A stretch of 64,000 nucleotides of DNA from Betaproteobacteria bacterium. GTDB lineage: Bacteria; Pseudomonadota; Gammaproteobacteria; Burkholderiales; SG8-39. The notes under the pieces are model-generated. The model did not search any database. It was not told the origin of the DNA and saw only the letters and a list, made by a program, of their open reading frames with translations. Every line of letters begins with the position of its first letter. Position 1 is the first letter of the stretch. The DNA lies in the NCBI GenBank assembly GCA_005881595.1, contig VBBY01000005.1:18673-82672 (forward strand). The letters run 5' to 3'. The translations under genes and the position numbers were made by a program. Shown one piece after another: positions 46,652-56,915 of the stretch.

Positions 46652-46872
46652 CGAATTCGATCGACACAAATCGGCTGAAGTGGAAGTGCCGCCGGGGCCT
46701 GCTCGAGCTCGATCTGGTTCTCGAGAGGTACGTGAAGACCAATCCGCCGGATGAAAGGCTTTCCGAGCTGCTCGATCTGCCCGACAACGATCTGTGGGAC
46801 ATCGTCTGCGGCCGCAGCGACCGGTACGCTTCCCACCTGCGCGAGACCGTGGCGCGGCTGCGCGCCGTCTAG
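46648..46872 (+). CDS. sdhE: FAD assembly factor SdhE
   Basis: RLKW.CRRGLLELD, LL.LPD.DL. Confidence 0.92.
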   Translation: MTNSIDTNRLKWKCRRGLLELDLVLERYVKTNPPDERLSELLDLPDNDLWDIVCGRSDRYASHLRETVARLRAV

Positions 46873-46884
46873 AGGTTAACGACC

Positions 46885-48174
46885 ATGGAAAAGATGACGA
46901 CCGTCAAGCTGCCCGATGGCCGCAGCCTGGAATTTCCCCTGCTCGCCGGCAGCATGGGGCCCCAGGTGATCGATATCCGCACGCTGTATGCGAAGTCGGG
47001 AATGTTCACCTACGACCCGGGCTACCTGTCGACTGCGAGCTGCAGCTCGGCGATTACCTTCATCGACGGCGATGCCGGCGTGCTGCTGTATCGCGGCTAC
47101 CCGATCGAGCAGCTCGCGCAGCACTGCGACTTCCTCGAGGTGTGCTATCTGCTGCTTAACGGCGAGCTGCCCAACCGCAAGCAGAAGAACGAATTCGTCG
47201 GCATCGTCACGCATCACACGATGGTGCACGAGCAGCTGGCGCGGCTGTACCAGGGGTTCCGGCGCGACGCGCACCCGATGGCGGTGATGGTCGGGGTGGT
47301 GGGAGCGCTTTCGGCGTTCTACCACGACGCGCTCGATATCAGCAATTCGCAGCACCGCACCATCTCGGCGTTCCGGCTGATCGCGAAGATGCCGACCATC
47401 GTCGCCATGTCGCACAAGTACTCGGTGGGGCAGCCGTTCATCTACCCGCGCAACGACCTGTCGTACACGGCCAATTTCATGCGCATGATGTTCGCCGTGC
47501 CGGCCGAGGAGTACAAGGTCAACGACGTGCTGGTGCGCGCGATGGACCGCATCTTCCTGCTGCATGCGGATCACGAGCAGAACGCGTCGACCTCGACGGT
47601 GCGCCTGTGCGGCTCATCGGGCGCGAACCCGTACGCCTGCATCGCCGCCGGCATCGCCTCGCTCTGGGGGCCGGCGCACGGCGGCGCGAACGAGGCCGCT
47701 CTCCAGATGCTGGAGGAGATCGGCGACGTCTCGAAGGTCCCCGAGTTCATCAGCAAGGTGAAGGACAAGAATTCCGGCGTGCGCCTGATGGGCTTCGGCC
47801 ACCGCGTGTACAAGAACTACGACCCGCGCGCGAAATTGATGCGCGAGACCTGCTACGAGGTGCTGAACGAGCTCGGGCTGCGCGACGATCGCCTGTTCAA
47901 GCTCGCCATCGCGCTGGAGAAGATCGCTCTGGAAGATGATTATTTTGTCTCTAGAAAGTTATATCCCAATGTGGACTTCTATTCCGGGATCGTGCAGCGC
48001 GCGCTCGGCATCCCGGTCGCCATGTTCACCTGCATCTTCTCGCTCGCGCGCACCGTGGGCTGGATCGCGCAGTGGCAGGAGATGATCTCGGATCCAGAGT
48101 ACAAGATCGGGCGCCCGCGCCAGCTCTACCAGGGCCCGACCAAGCGCGACGTCAAGCCGATCGACAAGAGATAA
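46885..48174 (+). CDS. gltA: Citrate synthase (type II)
   Basis: [47 protein letters not shown]. Confidence 0.97.
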   Translation: MEKMTTVKLPDGRSLEFPLLAGSMGPQVIDIRTLYAKSGMFTYDPGYLSTASCSSAITFIDGDAGVLLYRGYPIEQLAQHCDFLEVCYLLLNGELPNRKQKNEFVGIVTHHTMVHEQLARLYQGFRRDAHPMAVMVGVVGALSAFYHDALDISNSQHRTISAFRLIAKMPTIVAMSHKYSVGQPFIYPRNDLSYTANFMRMMFAVPAEEYKVNDVLVRAMDRIFLLHADHEQNASTSTVRLCGSSGANPYACIAAGIASLWGPAHGGANEAALQMLEEIGDVSKVPEFISKVKDKNSGVRLMGFGHRVYKNYDPRAKLMRETCYEVLNELGLRDDRLFKLAIALEKIALEDDYFVSRKLYPNVDFYSGIVQRALGIPVAMFTCIFSLARTVGWIAQWQEMISDPEYKIGRPRQLYQGPTKRDVKPIDKR

Positions 48175-48177
48175 GCC

Positions 48178-51018
48178 ATGGCAACCGTGATGCGCCAGTT
48201 CCTCGACAACTCTTACCTGTACGGCGCCAACGCGAGCTTCATCGAGGACCTGTACGAGAAGTACCTGGTGAACCCGCAGTCCGTCGCCGAGGCATGGCGC
48301 GAGTACTTCGACCGCATCCAGGTGCTGCCCGGAAACGCCGCCAAGGATGTGGCGCACGCGCCGGTGGTCGAATCCTTCGTGCAGCGCGCGAAGGCCGGCC
48401 AGCTGGGAGGGCAGGCGAGGACCCTGCCGGCGGAGCCGGTGACGCCAGAGCGGCTGCAGGTCGCGGCGCTGCTGCTGGTGACCGCGTACCGCATCGCCGG
48501 CTCGCGCTGGGCGACGGTCGATCCGCTCAAGCGCATGCCGCGGCCCAGCATCCCGGAGCTCGAGGCGGGGTTCTACGATCTCAGCGAGGCGGATCTCGAT
48601 CAGACCGTGAACGCCGGGTCGTTCGTGGGCCTGGACAGGACGTCCTTGAGAAATCTGCTGCAGGCGTTACGCGACACTTATTGCCGCAATATCGGTTTCG
48701 AGTACATGTTCATCAGCGAGCGCGCGCAGCGGCAGTGGATCCAGGAGCGCATCGAGCCGATGCGCGCCACGCCGGAGTTCCCGCCAGAGCAGAAAAAGCG
48801 CCTGCTGCAGAAGCTCACCGAGGCGGAGCAGCTCGAGCGCTATCTGCATACCCGCTACGTCGGCCAGAAGCGCTTCTCGCTGGAGGGCGGCGAGAGCCTG
48901 ATCCCGTCGATCGACGAGCTGATCCAGCGCGCCGGCGGCAACGGCGTGCAGGAGATGGTGATCGGCATGGCGCACCGCGGGCGGCTCAACGTGCTGGTCA
49001 ACGTGCTGGGCAAGATGCCGAAGGACCTGTTCCTCGAGTTCGAGGGCAGGCAGGCTTCCGAGCTGCCCTCCGGAGACGTGAAATACCACAACGGGTTCTC
49101 CTCGGACATCTCGACGAGCGGCGGCCCGGTGCACATCTCGCTCGCGTTCAATCCCTCCCACCTGGAGATCGTGGACCCGGTGGTGGAGGGCTCGGTGCGG
49201 GCGCGCCAGCGCCGGCGCGACGACAAGACCGGCGACCAGGTGATGCCCGTTCTCCTGCACGGCGACGCCGCATTCGCGGCGCAGGGCGTGGTGATGGAGA
49301 CGCTGAACCTGTCGGGCACGCGCGGCTTCGGCACCGGCGGCACCGTGCATCTCATCATCAACAACCAGATCGGCTTCACCACCTCCGATCCGCGCGACAC
49401 GCGCTCGACCATCTACTGCACCGACGTGGCGAAAATGGTCGAGGCGCCGATCTTCCACGTCAACGGCGACGACCCGGAGGCGGTGCTGTTCATCACCCAG
49501 CTGGCGCTCGATTTCCGCCAGAAGTTCCACAAGGACGTGGTGATCGACATCGTCTGCTTCCGCAAGCTTGGGCACAACGAGCAGGACGAGCCGTTGATCA
49601 CGCAGCCGCTGATGTACAAGAAGATCGCGCAGCATCCGGGCACGCGCAGGCTCTACGCCGACAAGCTGCTCGCGCAGGGCGTGATCGCGCCCGAGGAGCC
49701 CGAGGCGCTGATCAAGCAGTACCGCGCCATGCTGGATGCCGGGCAGCAGACGGTCAGCCCGGTGCTCTCCAACTTCAAGAGCAAGTTCGCGGTCGACTGG
49801 GCGCCGTTCCTCAACTCGAAGTGGACCGACGCCGCCGACACGCAGGTGCCGCTGGCGGAGCTGCAAAGGCTGGCAGAAAGACTTGCGGCCGTGCCTGAAG
49901 GCTTCAAGGTACACCCGACGGTGCTGCGCGTGATCGAAAGCCGCAAGCAGATGGCCGAGGGCAAGCTGCCGGTCGACTGGGGCATGGCCGAGACGCTCGC
50001 CTACGCGTCGCTGCTGGCAAACGGCTACGACGTGAGGCTCTCCGGGCAGGACACGGGACGCGGCACCTTCGCCCATCGGCACGCGGTCCTGCACGACCAG
50101 GAGCGCGAGCGCTGGGACGAGGGCAGCTACATCCCGCTGCAGAACATCTCCAAGGACCAGGGCGCCTTCGTGGTCATCGACTCGGTGCTGTCGGAAGAAG
50201 CGGTCCTGGGGTTCGAATACGGGTTCTCGAGCGCGGAACCGAACGCGCTGGTGATCTGGGAGGCGCAGTTCGGCGACTTCGCCAACGGCGCCCAGGTGGT
50301 GATGGATCAGTTCATCAGCTCGGGCGAGACCAAGTGGGGCCGCGTCTGCGGCCTGACCCAGTACCTGCCGCACGGCTACGAAGGACAAGGGCCCGAGCAC
50401 AGCTCCGCGCGGCTCGAGCGTTACCTGCAGCTGTGCGCCGAGCACAACATGCAGGTCTGCGTGCCGACGACCGCGGCGCAGATCTTCCACCTCGTCAGGC
50501 GCCAGATGCTGCGCCCGTTCAGGAAGCCGCTGGTGGTGATGACGCCGAAGTCGCTGCTGCGCAAGAAGGAGGCGTCCTCGTCGATCCAGGAGCTCGCCGG
50601 CGGCTCGTTCCAGACGGTGATCCCGGAGCTCGAGCCGCTCGAGGCGAAAGACGTGAAGCGGATCATCGCCTGCTGCGGAAAGATCTACTATGACCTCGTC
50701 GCGAAGCGAAAGGAGCTGCACAAAACGGATGTGGCGGTAATTCGCCTGGAGCAGCTCTACCCGTTTCCCCACAAGCAGTTCGAAGCCGAGGTGAAGCGCT
50801 ACCCGGGAGCGGGCGAAGTCGTGTGGTGCCAGGAGGAGCCGCAGAACCAGGGCGCGTGGTACCAGAGCGGCCACTATCTGCGCGAGAACATGCGCGACGA
50901 GCAGAAGCTCTGCTATGCGGGCCGTCCGCCGTCCGCATCGCCCGCGAGCGGCTACATGGCGCGGCACAACGAGGCGCAGAAAGCGCTGGTGGAACAGGCC
51001 TTCGGTAAATTCAAATAA
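48178..51018 (+). CDS. sucA: 2-oxoglutarate dehydrogenase E1
   Basis: KRFSLEG, GMAHRGRLN, GDVKYH, HGDAAF, GHNE.D, WEAQFGDF, LPHGYEGQGPEHSS. Confidence 0.97.
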   Translation: MATVMRQFLDNSYLYGANASFIEDLYEKYLVNPQSVAEAWREYFDRIQVLPGNAAKDVAHAPVVESFVQRAKAGQLGGQARTLPAEPVTPERLQVAALLLVTAYRIAGSRWATVDPLKRMPRPSIPELEAGFYDLSEADLDQTVNAGSFVGLDRTSLRNLLQALRDTYCRNIGFEYMFISERAQRQWIQERIEPMRATPEFPPEQKKRLLQKLTEAEQLERYLHTRYVGQKRFSLEGGESLIPSIDELIQRAGGNGVQEMVIGMAHRGRLNVLVNVLGKMPKDLFLEFEGRQASELPSGDVKYHNGFSSDISTSGGPVHISLAFNPSHLEIVDPVVEGSVRARQRRRDDKTGDQVMPVLLHGDAAFAAQGVVMETLNLSGTRGFGTGGTVHLIINNQIGFTTSDPRDTRSTIYCTDVAKMVEAPIFHVNGDDPEAVLFITQLALDFRQKFHKDVVIDIVCFRKLGHNEQDEPLITQPLMYKKIAQHPGTRRLYADKLLAQGVIAPEEPEALIKQYRAMLDAGQQTVSPVLSNFKSKFAVDWAPFLNSKWTDAADTQVPLAELQRLAERLAAVPEGFKVHPTVLRVIESRKQMAEGKLPVDWGMAETLAYASLLANGYDVRLSGQDTGRGTFAHRHAVLHDQERERWDEGSYIPLQNISKDQGAFVVIDSVLSEEAVLGFEYGFSSAEPNALVIWEAQFGDFANGAQVVMDQFISSGETKWGRVCGLTQYLPHGYEGQGPEHSSARLERYLQLCAEHNMQVCVPTTAAQIFHLVRRQMLRPFRKPLVVMTPKSLLRKKEASSSIQELAGGSFQTVIPELEPLEAKDVKRIIACCGKIYYDLVAKRKELHKTDVAVIRLEQLYPFPHKQFEAEVKRYPGAGEVVWCQEEPQNQGAWYQSGHYLRENMRDEQKLCYAGRPPSASPASGYMARHNEAQKALVEQAFGKFK

Positions 51019-51021
51019 ACC

Positions 51022-51098
51022 TGATTTCGCAACCCGGCGCGTTACGCGCTGGTTTTTCGCAACTCGGCGGAAGCTCAGCGGAAGCCGAGGAAAAATCA
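51022..51098 (+). other. Structured sucA-sucB intergenic element (hairpins plus 30-bp-period direct repeat)
   Basis: CCGGCGCG-TTA-CGCGCTGG followed by TTTTT; second stem CTCGGC...GCCGAG; TTTCGCAAC[C/T]CGGCG at 51025 and 51055. Confidence 0.45.
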
Positions 51099-51111
51099 AA
51101 CGGGAGCAACG

Positions 51112-52302
51112 ATGATCATCGAAGTGAAGGTGCCGCAGCTGTCGGAGTCGGTCGCCGAGGCGACGCTGCTCGACTGGCACAAGAAGGAAGGCGAGCCGGT
51201 CTCGCGCGACGAGACCCTGATCGACATCGAGACCGACAAGGTGGTGCTCGAGCTGCCGGCGCCCTCCGACGGCGTGCTCGTCAAGATCCTGAAGAACAGC
51301 CGCGACCCGGTGACCTCGGGCGACGTCATCGCGCAGATCGATACCGACGCGAAGGCCGCCGCAGCCCCGGCTCGCGAGAAAAAATCCGCTCCCGAAAAGA
51401 GCAAGACCGCCCCTCCGGTGATGCCCGCCGCCCAGAAAATCGCGGCGGAGCAGGGCATCGATGCCTCGAAGATCGCCGGCACGGGCCGCGACGGACGGGT
51501 CACCAAGGGCGACGTGCTCGAGCAGGCGGCAAAAGCTCCCGCCGCAAGACCGGCTCTTCAGCAGCCCGCGCCGCCGGTCGATATCGAGGCTCTTCTCTCG
51601 GGCCGGCCGGAGCAGCGCGTGCCGATGTCGCGCCTGCGCCAGCGCGTCGCCGAGCGCCTGGTGCAGTCGCAACACACCGCCGCGATCCTCACCACGTTCA
51701 ACGAAGTCAACATGGCACCGGTGATCGAGCTGCGCAAGAAATACCAGGAGCGCTTCGAGAAGGAGCACGGCGTGCGCCTCGGTTTCATGTCCTTTTTCGT
51801 CAAGGCCTCGGTGCACGCGCTGAAGCGCTACCCGGTGGCCAACGCCTCGATCGACGGCACCGACATCGTGTACCACGGCTACTTCGACATCGGCATCGCG
51901 GTCGGCAGCCCGCGCGGCCTGGTGGTGCCGATCCTGCGCGACGCCGACCGCATGAGCTTCGCCGAGATCGAGAAGAGAATCGCCGACTTCGGCAAGCGCG
52001 CCCAGGAGGGCAAGCTGACCATCGAGGAGCTCACCGGCGGCACGTTCTCGATCTCGAACGGCGGCATCTTCGGCTCGATGCTGTCGACGCCGATCATCAA
52101 CCCGCCGCAGTCGGCGATCCTCGGGGTGCACGCCACCAGGGAGCGCGCGGTGGTCGAGAACGGCCAGATCGTGGCGCGCCCGATGAACTATCTCGCGCTG
52201 TCGTACGACCACCGCATCATCGACGGCCGGGAAGCGGTTTTGTGCCTGGTCGGTATTAAAGAAGCCCTGGAAGATCCTGCCCGCCTGATCCTGGAGATAT
52301 GA
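51112..52302 (+). CDS. sucB: Dihydrolipoamide succinyltransferase (E2)
   Basis: Lipoyl [31 protein letters not shown]. Confidence 0.97.
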   Translation: MIIEVKVPQLSESVAEATLLDWHKKEGEPVSRDETLIDIETDKVVLELPAPSDGVLVKILKNSRDPVTSGDVIAQIDTDAKAAAAPAREKKSAPEKSKTAPPVMPAAQKIAAEQGIDASKIAGTGRDGRVTKGDVLEQAAKAPAARPALQQPAPPVDIEALLSGRPEQRVPMSRLRQRVAERLVQSQHTAAILTTFNEVNMAPVIELRKKYQERFEKEHGVRLGFMSFFVKASVHALKRYPVANASIDGTDIVYHGYFDIGIAVGSPRGLVVPILRDADRMSFAEIEKRIADFGKRAQEGKLTIEELTGGTFSISNGGIFGSMLSTPIINPPQSAILGVHATRERAVVENGQIVARPMNYLALSYDHRIIDGREAVLCLVGIKEALEDPARLILEI

Positions 52303-53714
52303 AGTCCTTCGATGTCGTCGTGATCGGCGCGGGGCCCGCGGGCTACATCGCCGCGATCCGCGCCGCGCAGCTCGGGCTCGCCACCGCCTGCGTGGAGGAA
52401 TGGAAAACGCCCAGGGGCGAATACGCGCTCGGCGGCACCTGCCTCAACGTCGGCTGCATCCCGTCGAAAGCGCTGCTCGAGTCCTCGGAAAACTACGCGC
52501 GCGTGCTGCACCAGTTCAAGGCGCACGGCATCACCGCGAGCGGCGTGAAGCTCGAGCTGAAGACGATGCTCGACAGGAAGGACAGGATCGTCAGCCGGAT
52601 GACCAGCGGGGTTGCCGGCCTGTTCAAGAAGAACAAGATCACCTGGCTGCAAGGACATGGCCGGCTAGTTTCCGGTGGGACAAGCTGGAAAATCGACGTG
52701 GAGGGAGAGGCGATTGAGGCAAAGCACGTCATCATCGCCACCGGATCGAAAGCCAGGCACCTGCCGGGGGTCGCGGTCGACAACAAGACGATCTGCGACA
52801 ACGAAGGCGCGCTCGCTTTCGACTCGGTGCCCGAGCGGCTCGGCGTGATCGGCGCCGGCGTGGTCGGCCTCGAGCTCGGCAGCGTGTGGCGCCGGCTCGG
52901 CGCGAAGGTAAAGGTACTGGAGGCGCTGCCGGCGTTCCTCGGCGCCGCCGATGAGGCCGTGGCCCAGGAAGCCTGGAAGCAATTCACCAAGAACCAGGGC
53001 CTGGAGATCGAGCTGGGGGCGACGATTTCCAAGGTTGTTCAACAAAAGAAATATGTGTCAATTCAATATACTGGATCAGATAATTCGAGCAAAAGCTTTG
53101 AATGTGACCGGCTGATCGTTTCAGTCGGCCGCGTGCCCAACACCGATGGCCTGGGCGCCGAGAATGTCGGCCTCAAGCTGGACGCCAAGGGCTTCATCGA
53201 GGTCGACCAGAACTGCCGCACCGGCCTGCCGCGCGTCTACGCCGTCGGTGACGTGGTGCGCGGGCCGATGCTCGCGCACAAGGGCGAGGACGAGGGCGTG
53301 ATGGTGGCCGAGATCATCGCCGGGCAGCGCGGCCACGTGAACTACGACGCCATCCCGTGGGTGATCTACACCGCCCCGGAGATCGCCTGGGTCGGCAAGA
53401 CCGAGCAGCAGCTGAAGTCCGAAGGCGTCGCCTACAGGGCAGGGCGCTTCCCGTTCGCCTACAACGGCCGCGCGCTCGGCCGCGAAGAGCCCGAGGGCTT
53501 CGTCAAGATCCTCGCCGACGCGAGGACCGATCGCATCCTCGGCGTGCACTCGATCGGCGGCCTGGCGAGCGAGCTGATCGCCGAGGCGGTGGTGGCGATC
53601 GAGTTCGGCGCCTCCTCCGAGGACATCGCGCGCATCTGCCATGCGCACCCGTCGATGTCGGAAGTGACGCGCGAGGCGGCGCTCGCCGTCGACAAGCGCT
53701 CGCTGAACGGCTGA
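52299..53714 (+). CDS. lpdA: Dihydrolipoyl dehydrogenase (E3)
   Basis: [34 protein letters not shown]. Confidence 0.97.
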   Translation: MKSFDVVVIGAGPAGYIAAIRAAQLGLATACVEEWKTPRGEYALGGTCLNVGCIPSKALLESSENYARVLHQFKAHGITASGVKLELKTMLDRKDRIVSRMTSGVAGLFKKNKITWLQGHGRLVSGGTSWKIDVEGEAIEAKHVIIATGSKARHLPGVAVDNKTICDNEGALAFDSVPERLGVIGAGVVGLELGSVWRRLGAKVKVLEALPAFLGAADEAVAQEAWKQFTKNQGLEIELGATISKVVQQKKYVSIQYTGSDNSSKSFECDRLIVSVGRVPNTDGLGAENVGLKLDAKGFIEVDQNCRTGLPRVYAVGDVVRGPMLAHKGEDEGVMVAEIIAGQRGHVNYDAIPWVIYTAPEIAWVGKTEQQLKSEGVAYRAGRFPFAYNGRALGREEPEGFVKILADARTDRILGVHSIGGLASELIAEAVVAIEFGASSEDIARICHAHPSMSEVTREAALAVDKRSLNG

Positions 53715-54823
53715 TGCAGGATGTCGTTGCGCTCTATGAGCAAAGTCTCGCGCGCCGGGGGTTCGTCTCGGACTCGTCGCAATGGCGCGCGGTCGAGCGC
53801 CTGCAGCAGCTGTACGAGGAGTGGACCGCCTACAAGGCGCGGCGCAGCACCCGCCTGAAGCGCCTGCTGGTCAGGCCGGCGCTGCCGAAAGGGGTCTACC
53901 TGTGGGGCGCCGTCGGGCGGGGCAAGAGCTTCCTAATGGACAGCTTCTACCTGTGCGTGCCGCTGGTGCGCAAGCGCCGCGTCCACTTCCACTACTTCAT
54001 GCGCGAGATCCATCGCGAGCTCGACGCTCTGAAGGGCACCGAGGATCCGATCGCCGCGCTCGCCGAGCGCACCGCCCGGCGCTGCCGGCTGATCTGCTTC
54101 GACGAGTTTCACGTCTCGGACATCGCCGACGCGATGATCCTCGGCCGCTACCTGAAGAAGGTGATGGAGCGCGGCGTCGTGCTCTGCATGACGAGCAACT
54201 ACCACCCCGACCGCCTCTACGAGGACGGTCTGCAGCGCGACCGCTTCCTGCCGGCGATCGGGCTGATCAAGAGCCGGCTCGACCTGGTCGAGGTCGACGG
54301 CGGGCTCGATTACCGGCGCCGCAAGATGGAGCGGCTCAAGGTCTATCACGCCGGCCCGGGCAGCGAGGCGGAGCTGGAGCGCATCTTTTCAGATTTGCGG
54401 GACGTCGAGGAGGAAAAGCACCCGCTGGACGTGGAAGAGCGCAGCATTGCCTACCGCAGGCGCGCCGGCGGCCTGGTGTGGTTCGATTTCGCGGTGCTGT
54501 GCGGCGGGCCGCGCTCCTATGCCGACTATGTCGAGCTCGCCAGGCGCTTCCACAGCGTGATCCTGTCGGGCGTGCCGAAAATGTCGTCGCGCAATGCCGA
54601 CGCCGCGCGGCGCTTCACCTGGCTGGTCGATGTGCTCTACGATGAACGGGTCAAGCTCATCGTATCGGCCGAGGCGCAGCCCGAGGCGCTCTACCCCGAG
54701 GGGACCCACAGCGCGGAGTTCGCCCGCGCCGCGAGCCGCCTCCACGAGATGCAGTCGTCCGATTATCTGCAGAGCGAGCGCAGGAGGGCCAGTGGACAAG
54801 TTCAAGGCATACCAGCTCACTGA
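53714..54823 (+). CDS. zapE: AFG1-family ATPase ZapE
   Basis: G.YLWG.VGRGKS.LMD, R.HF..FM, CFDEFHV.DI.DAM, TSN, RRF..LVD..YD, RL.EM. Confidence 0.93.
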   Translation: MQDVVALYEQSLARRGFVSDSSQWRAVERLQQLYEEWTAYKARRSTRLKRLLVRPALPKGVYLWGAVGRGKSFLMDSFYLCVPLVRKRRVHFHYFMREIHRELDALKGTEDPIAALAERTARRCRLICFDEFHVSDIADAMILGRYLKKVMERGVVLCMTSNYHPDRLYEDGLQRDRFLPAIGLIKSRLDLVEVDGGLDYRRRKMERLKVYHAGPGSEAELERIFSDLRDVEEEKHPLDVEERSIAYRRRAGGLVWFDFAVLCGGPRSYADYVELARRFHSVILSGVPKMSSRNADAARRFTWLVDVLYDERVKLIVSAEAQPEALYPEGTHSAEFARAASRLHEMQSSDYLQSERRRASGQVQGIPAH

Positions 54824-55790
54824 GACGCCGGACAAGAAGATCCGCGCGGAATTCGTCGAGCGCTCGCTCGACGAGCTGGATCCGGGCGAGGTCGTGGTGC
54901 GCGTGGCGAACTCGGACGTCAACTACAAGGACGCGCTCGCCGCCACCGGCAAAGGCAAGATCCTGCGCCGCGCGTCGTGCATCGGCGGCATCGACTTCTC
55001 GGGCACGGTCGTTTCGTCGGCCGATGCGCGCTTCGCCAAGGGCGACGCAGTGCTCGCCGTGGGCTATGACCTCGGCGTCGCGCACGACGGCGGCTACGCT
55101 GAGTACGCGCGCGTGCCGGCCGAATGGCTCAGCAAGCTGCCGAAGGGAATGTCGCTGTGGGACGCGATGGCGTTCGGCACCGCCGGCTTCACCGCCGGCA
55201 TCGGCATCGTGCGCATGGAGCAGAACGGGCTCAAGCCGCAGAGCGGGCCGGTGATCGTCGACGGCGCCACCGGCGGCGTCGGCTCGATCGCCATTGCGGC
55301 GCTGGCCAGGCTCGGCTATCACGTCGTCGCGCTGACCGGAAAGGAATCCGAATCCGACTGGTTGAAGAAGCTGGGCGCCAAGGAAATTCTTCTGCGCAAC
55401 AACCTCAATCTCGAGAAAATCAAACCCCTCGACAAGGCCACCTGGGCCGGCGCCGTCGACAACCTCGGCGGCGAGGCCCTCGCCTGGATGGCGAGCACGA
55501 TGAAGGTGAACGGCGTGATCGCGTCGATCGGCCTCGCCGCGAGCCCGAGCCTCAACACGACGGTGCTGCCCTTCATCCTGCGCGGCGTGAGCCTGCTCGG
55601 CATCAACTCGACCGACAGTCCCGGGCCCGAGCTGCGCCGCGAGGTCTGGCGCCGGCTCGCCACCGACCTGCGCCCGCCTCTGCTCAAGGAGATGTGCCGT
55701 ACGATTCCGTTCAGCCAGCTGCCCGCGGCGTTCGACGATTTCATCCAGGGAAAGGTGAATCGCAGGATCGTCGTCGACCTGGCGGAATAG
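54792..55790 (+). CDS. YhdH/AcuI-type MDR oxidoreductase (putative acryloyl-CoA reductase)
   Basis: NYKDALA, GID.SGTV, HDGGYAEYARVP, GTAGFTA, GATGGVGS, PFILRGVSLLG. Confidence 0.88.
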   Translation: MDKFKAYQLTETPDKKIRAEFVERSLDELDPGEVVVRVANSDVNYKDALAATGKGKILRRASCIGGIDFSGTVVSSADARFAKGDAVLAVGYDLGVAHDGGYAEYARVPAEWLSKLPKGMSLWDAMAFGTAGFTAGIGIVRMEQNGLKPQSGPVIVDGATGGVGSIAIAALARLGYHVVALTGKESESDWLKKLGAKEILLRNNLNLEKIKPLDKATWAGAVDNLGGEALAWMASTMKVNGVIASIGLAASPSLNTTVLPFILRGVSLLGINSTDSPGPELRREVWRRLATDLRPPLLKEMCRTIPFSQLPAAFDDFIQGKVNRRIVVDLAE

Positions 55791-55821
55791 GCGGGGACCC
55801 ACGGATCTACCCGAAAGGCGC

Positions 55822-56883
55822 GTGCTCGTCATCGATGACTCGAGGTTCGTCCGCAAGACGTTCGCGAGCATCCTGGGCGCGTCGTTCGCGGTGCGCGAGG
55901 AAGCCGACGGCGAGGCGGGCTGGGAGGCGGTCCGTACCGATCCGTCGATCGTCATGGTGTTCACCGACCTCGACATGCCGAAGCTCGACGGCTTCGAGCT
56001 GCTAGAGCGCATCCGCAGCTCGAGCGATCCCCGCATCCGCGAGCTGCCGGTGGTGGCGATCTCCGGCAACCGGGAGGAGGCGAACAAGAAGCGCGCAGCC
56101 AGCGCGGGGGCAAACGATTTCATCGACAAGTCGGCCGATGGCTCAGAGGTCCTGTCGCGCATCCAGAACCTGCTGCGCCTGGTGAGGACCAGCCGGGAGC
56201 TCGAGGCGAGCCAGGCGGCGCTCGCGCAAAGCACCACGCACGATCCGGTCACCGGCACCCTGACGCCGCATTATCTGCTCACCGAAGGGCGCAAGCATTT
56301 TTCGCACGCGCGCCGTCACGGCGCGCAGCTCTCGGTCATGGCATTGCGCATCGACAGCTACGGCGATCTTGCGAGTCAGGTCGGCAAGGAAACCGCCGAG
56401 CAGCTGCTGGCGCGGATCGCGAACATGGTGACCGCGAACCTGCGCGCCGAGGATTCCGTCAGCCGCACGGCCGAGGCCACCTTCATGATCGTCTCGATGG
56501 GCACCGGCCCGCCGCAGATGCTCGCTTTCGCACGCCGCCTGCGCGGGCAGCTGGAAGGCGCGCACGTCACCTGGCGCGGCCAGCCGGTCCGCATCACGAG
56601 CAGCTTCGGGGCGGCTTCGCTCAGCATCGACGCGGTGGGCTCGATCGAGGAGCTGATGCGCGCCGCGATGCAGCGGCTCCAGGCAGCCAGCCGCCAGGCC
56701 GAGCCTATCGTCGGGTACGAGGAGGCCAGGCCAAGCGGGCCAGCGACCTTGCCGGGCGACATCGAGCGCGCGCTGCTGGTGCTGGAGCAAACCGATCCGC
56801 AGCCCCTGGGCGACCTGGCGGGCGAGGTGGCGAAACGCCTGCTGCGGATCGTCGAGCTGTTCAGGAGAAAAAAGCCGGGGTAA
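55822..56883 (+). CDS. Response regulator receiver + degenerate GGDEF domain
   Basis: VIDD, TDLDMP.LDG, A...GA.DFI.K (REC); DPVTG, RAEDSVSRTAEATF in place of RxxDxxxRxGGEEF, ITSSFG. Confidence 0.85.
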   Translation: MLVIDDSRFVRKTFASILGASFAVREEADGEAGWEAVRTDPSIVMVFTDLDMPKLDGFELLERIRSSSDPRIRELPVVAISGNREEANKKRAASAGANDFIDKSADGSEVLSRIQNLLRLVRTSRELEASQAALAQSTTHDPVTGTLTPHYLLTEGRKHFSHARRHGAQLSVMALRIDSYGDLASQVGKETAEQLLARIANMVTANLRAEDSVSRTAEATFMIVSMGTGPPQMLAFARRLRGQLEGAHVTWRGQPVRITSSFGAASLSIDAVGSIEELMRAAMQRLQAASRQAEPIVGYEEARPSGPATLPGDIERALLVLEQTDPQPLGDLAGEVAKRLLRIVELFRRKKPG

Positions 56884-56915
56884 GGCTTTACACTAGCGGC
56901 GCAAGGAGGAGACGG

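Noticed and set aside
48160-48180. Betaproteobacterial sucA RNA motif upstream of sucA
   Set aside because: Only 3 bp separate gltA and sucA, leaving no room for the motif
48667-52212. 1181-aa minus-strand ORF, and similar long ORFs at 36194-38587, 56376-58475, 14408-15385 and 5356-6654
   Set aside because: Antisense shadows of well-conserved genes (sucAB, acnA, prpE, glnS, NHL); high GC3 suppresses stops on the opposite strand and the translations carry no recognisable motifs
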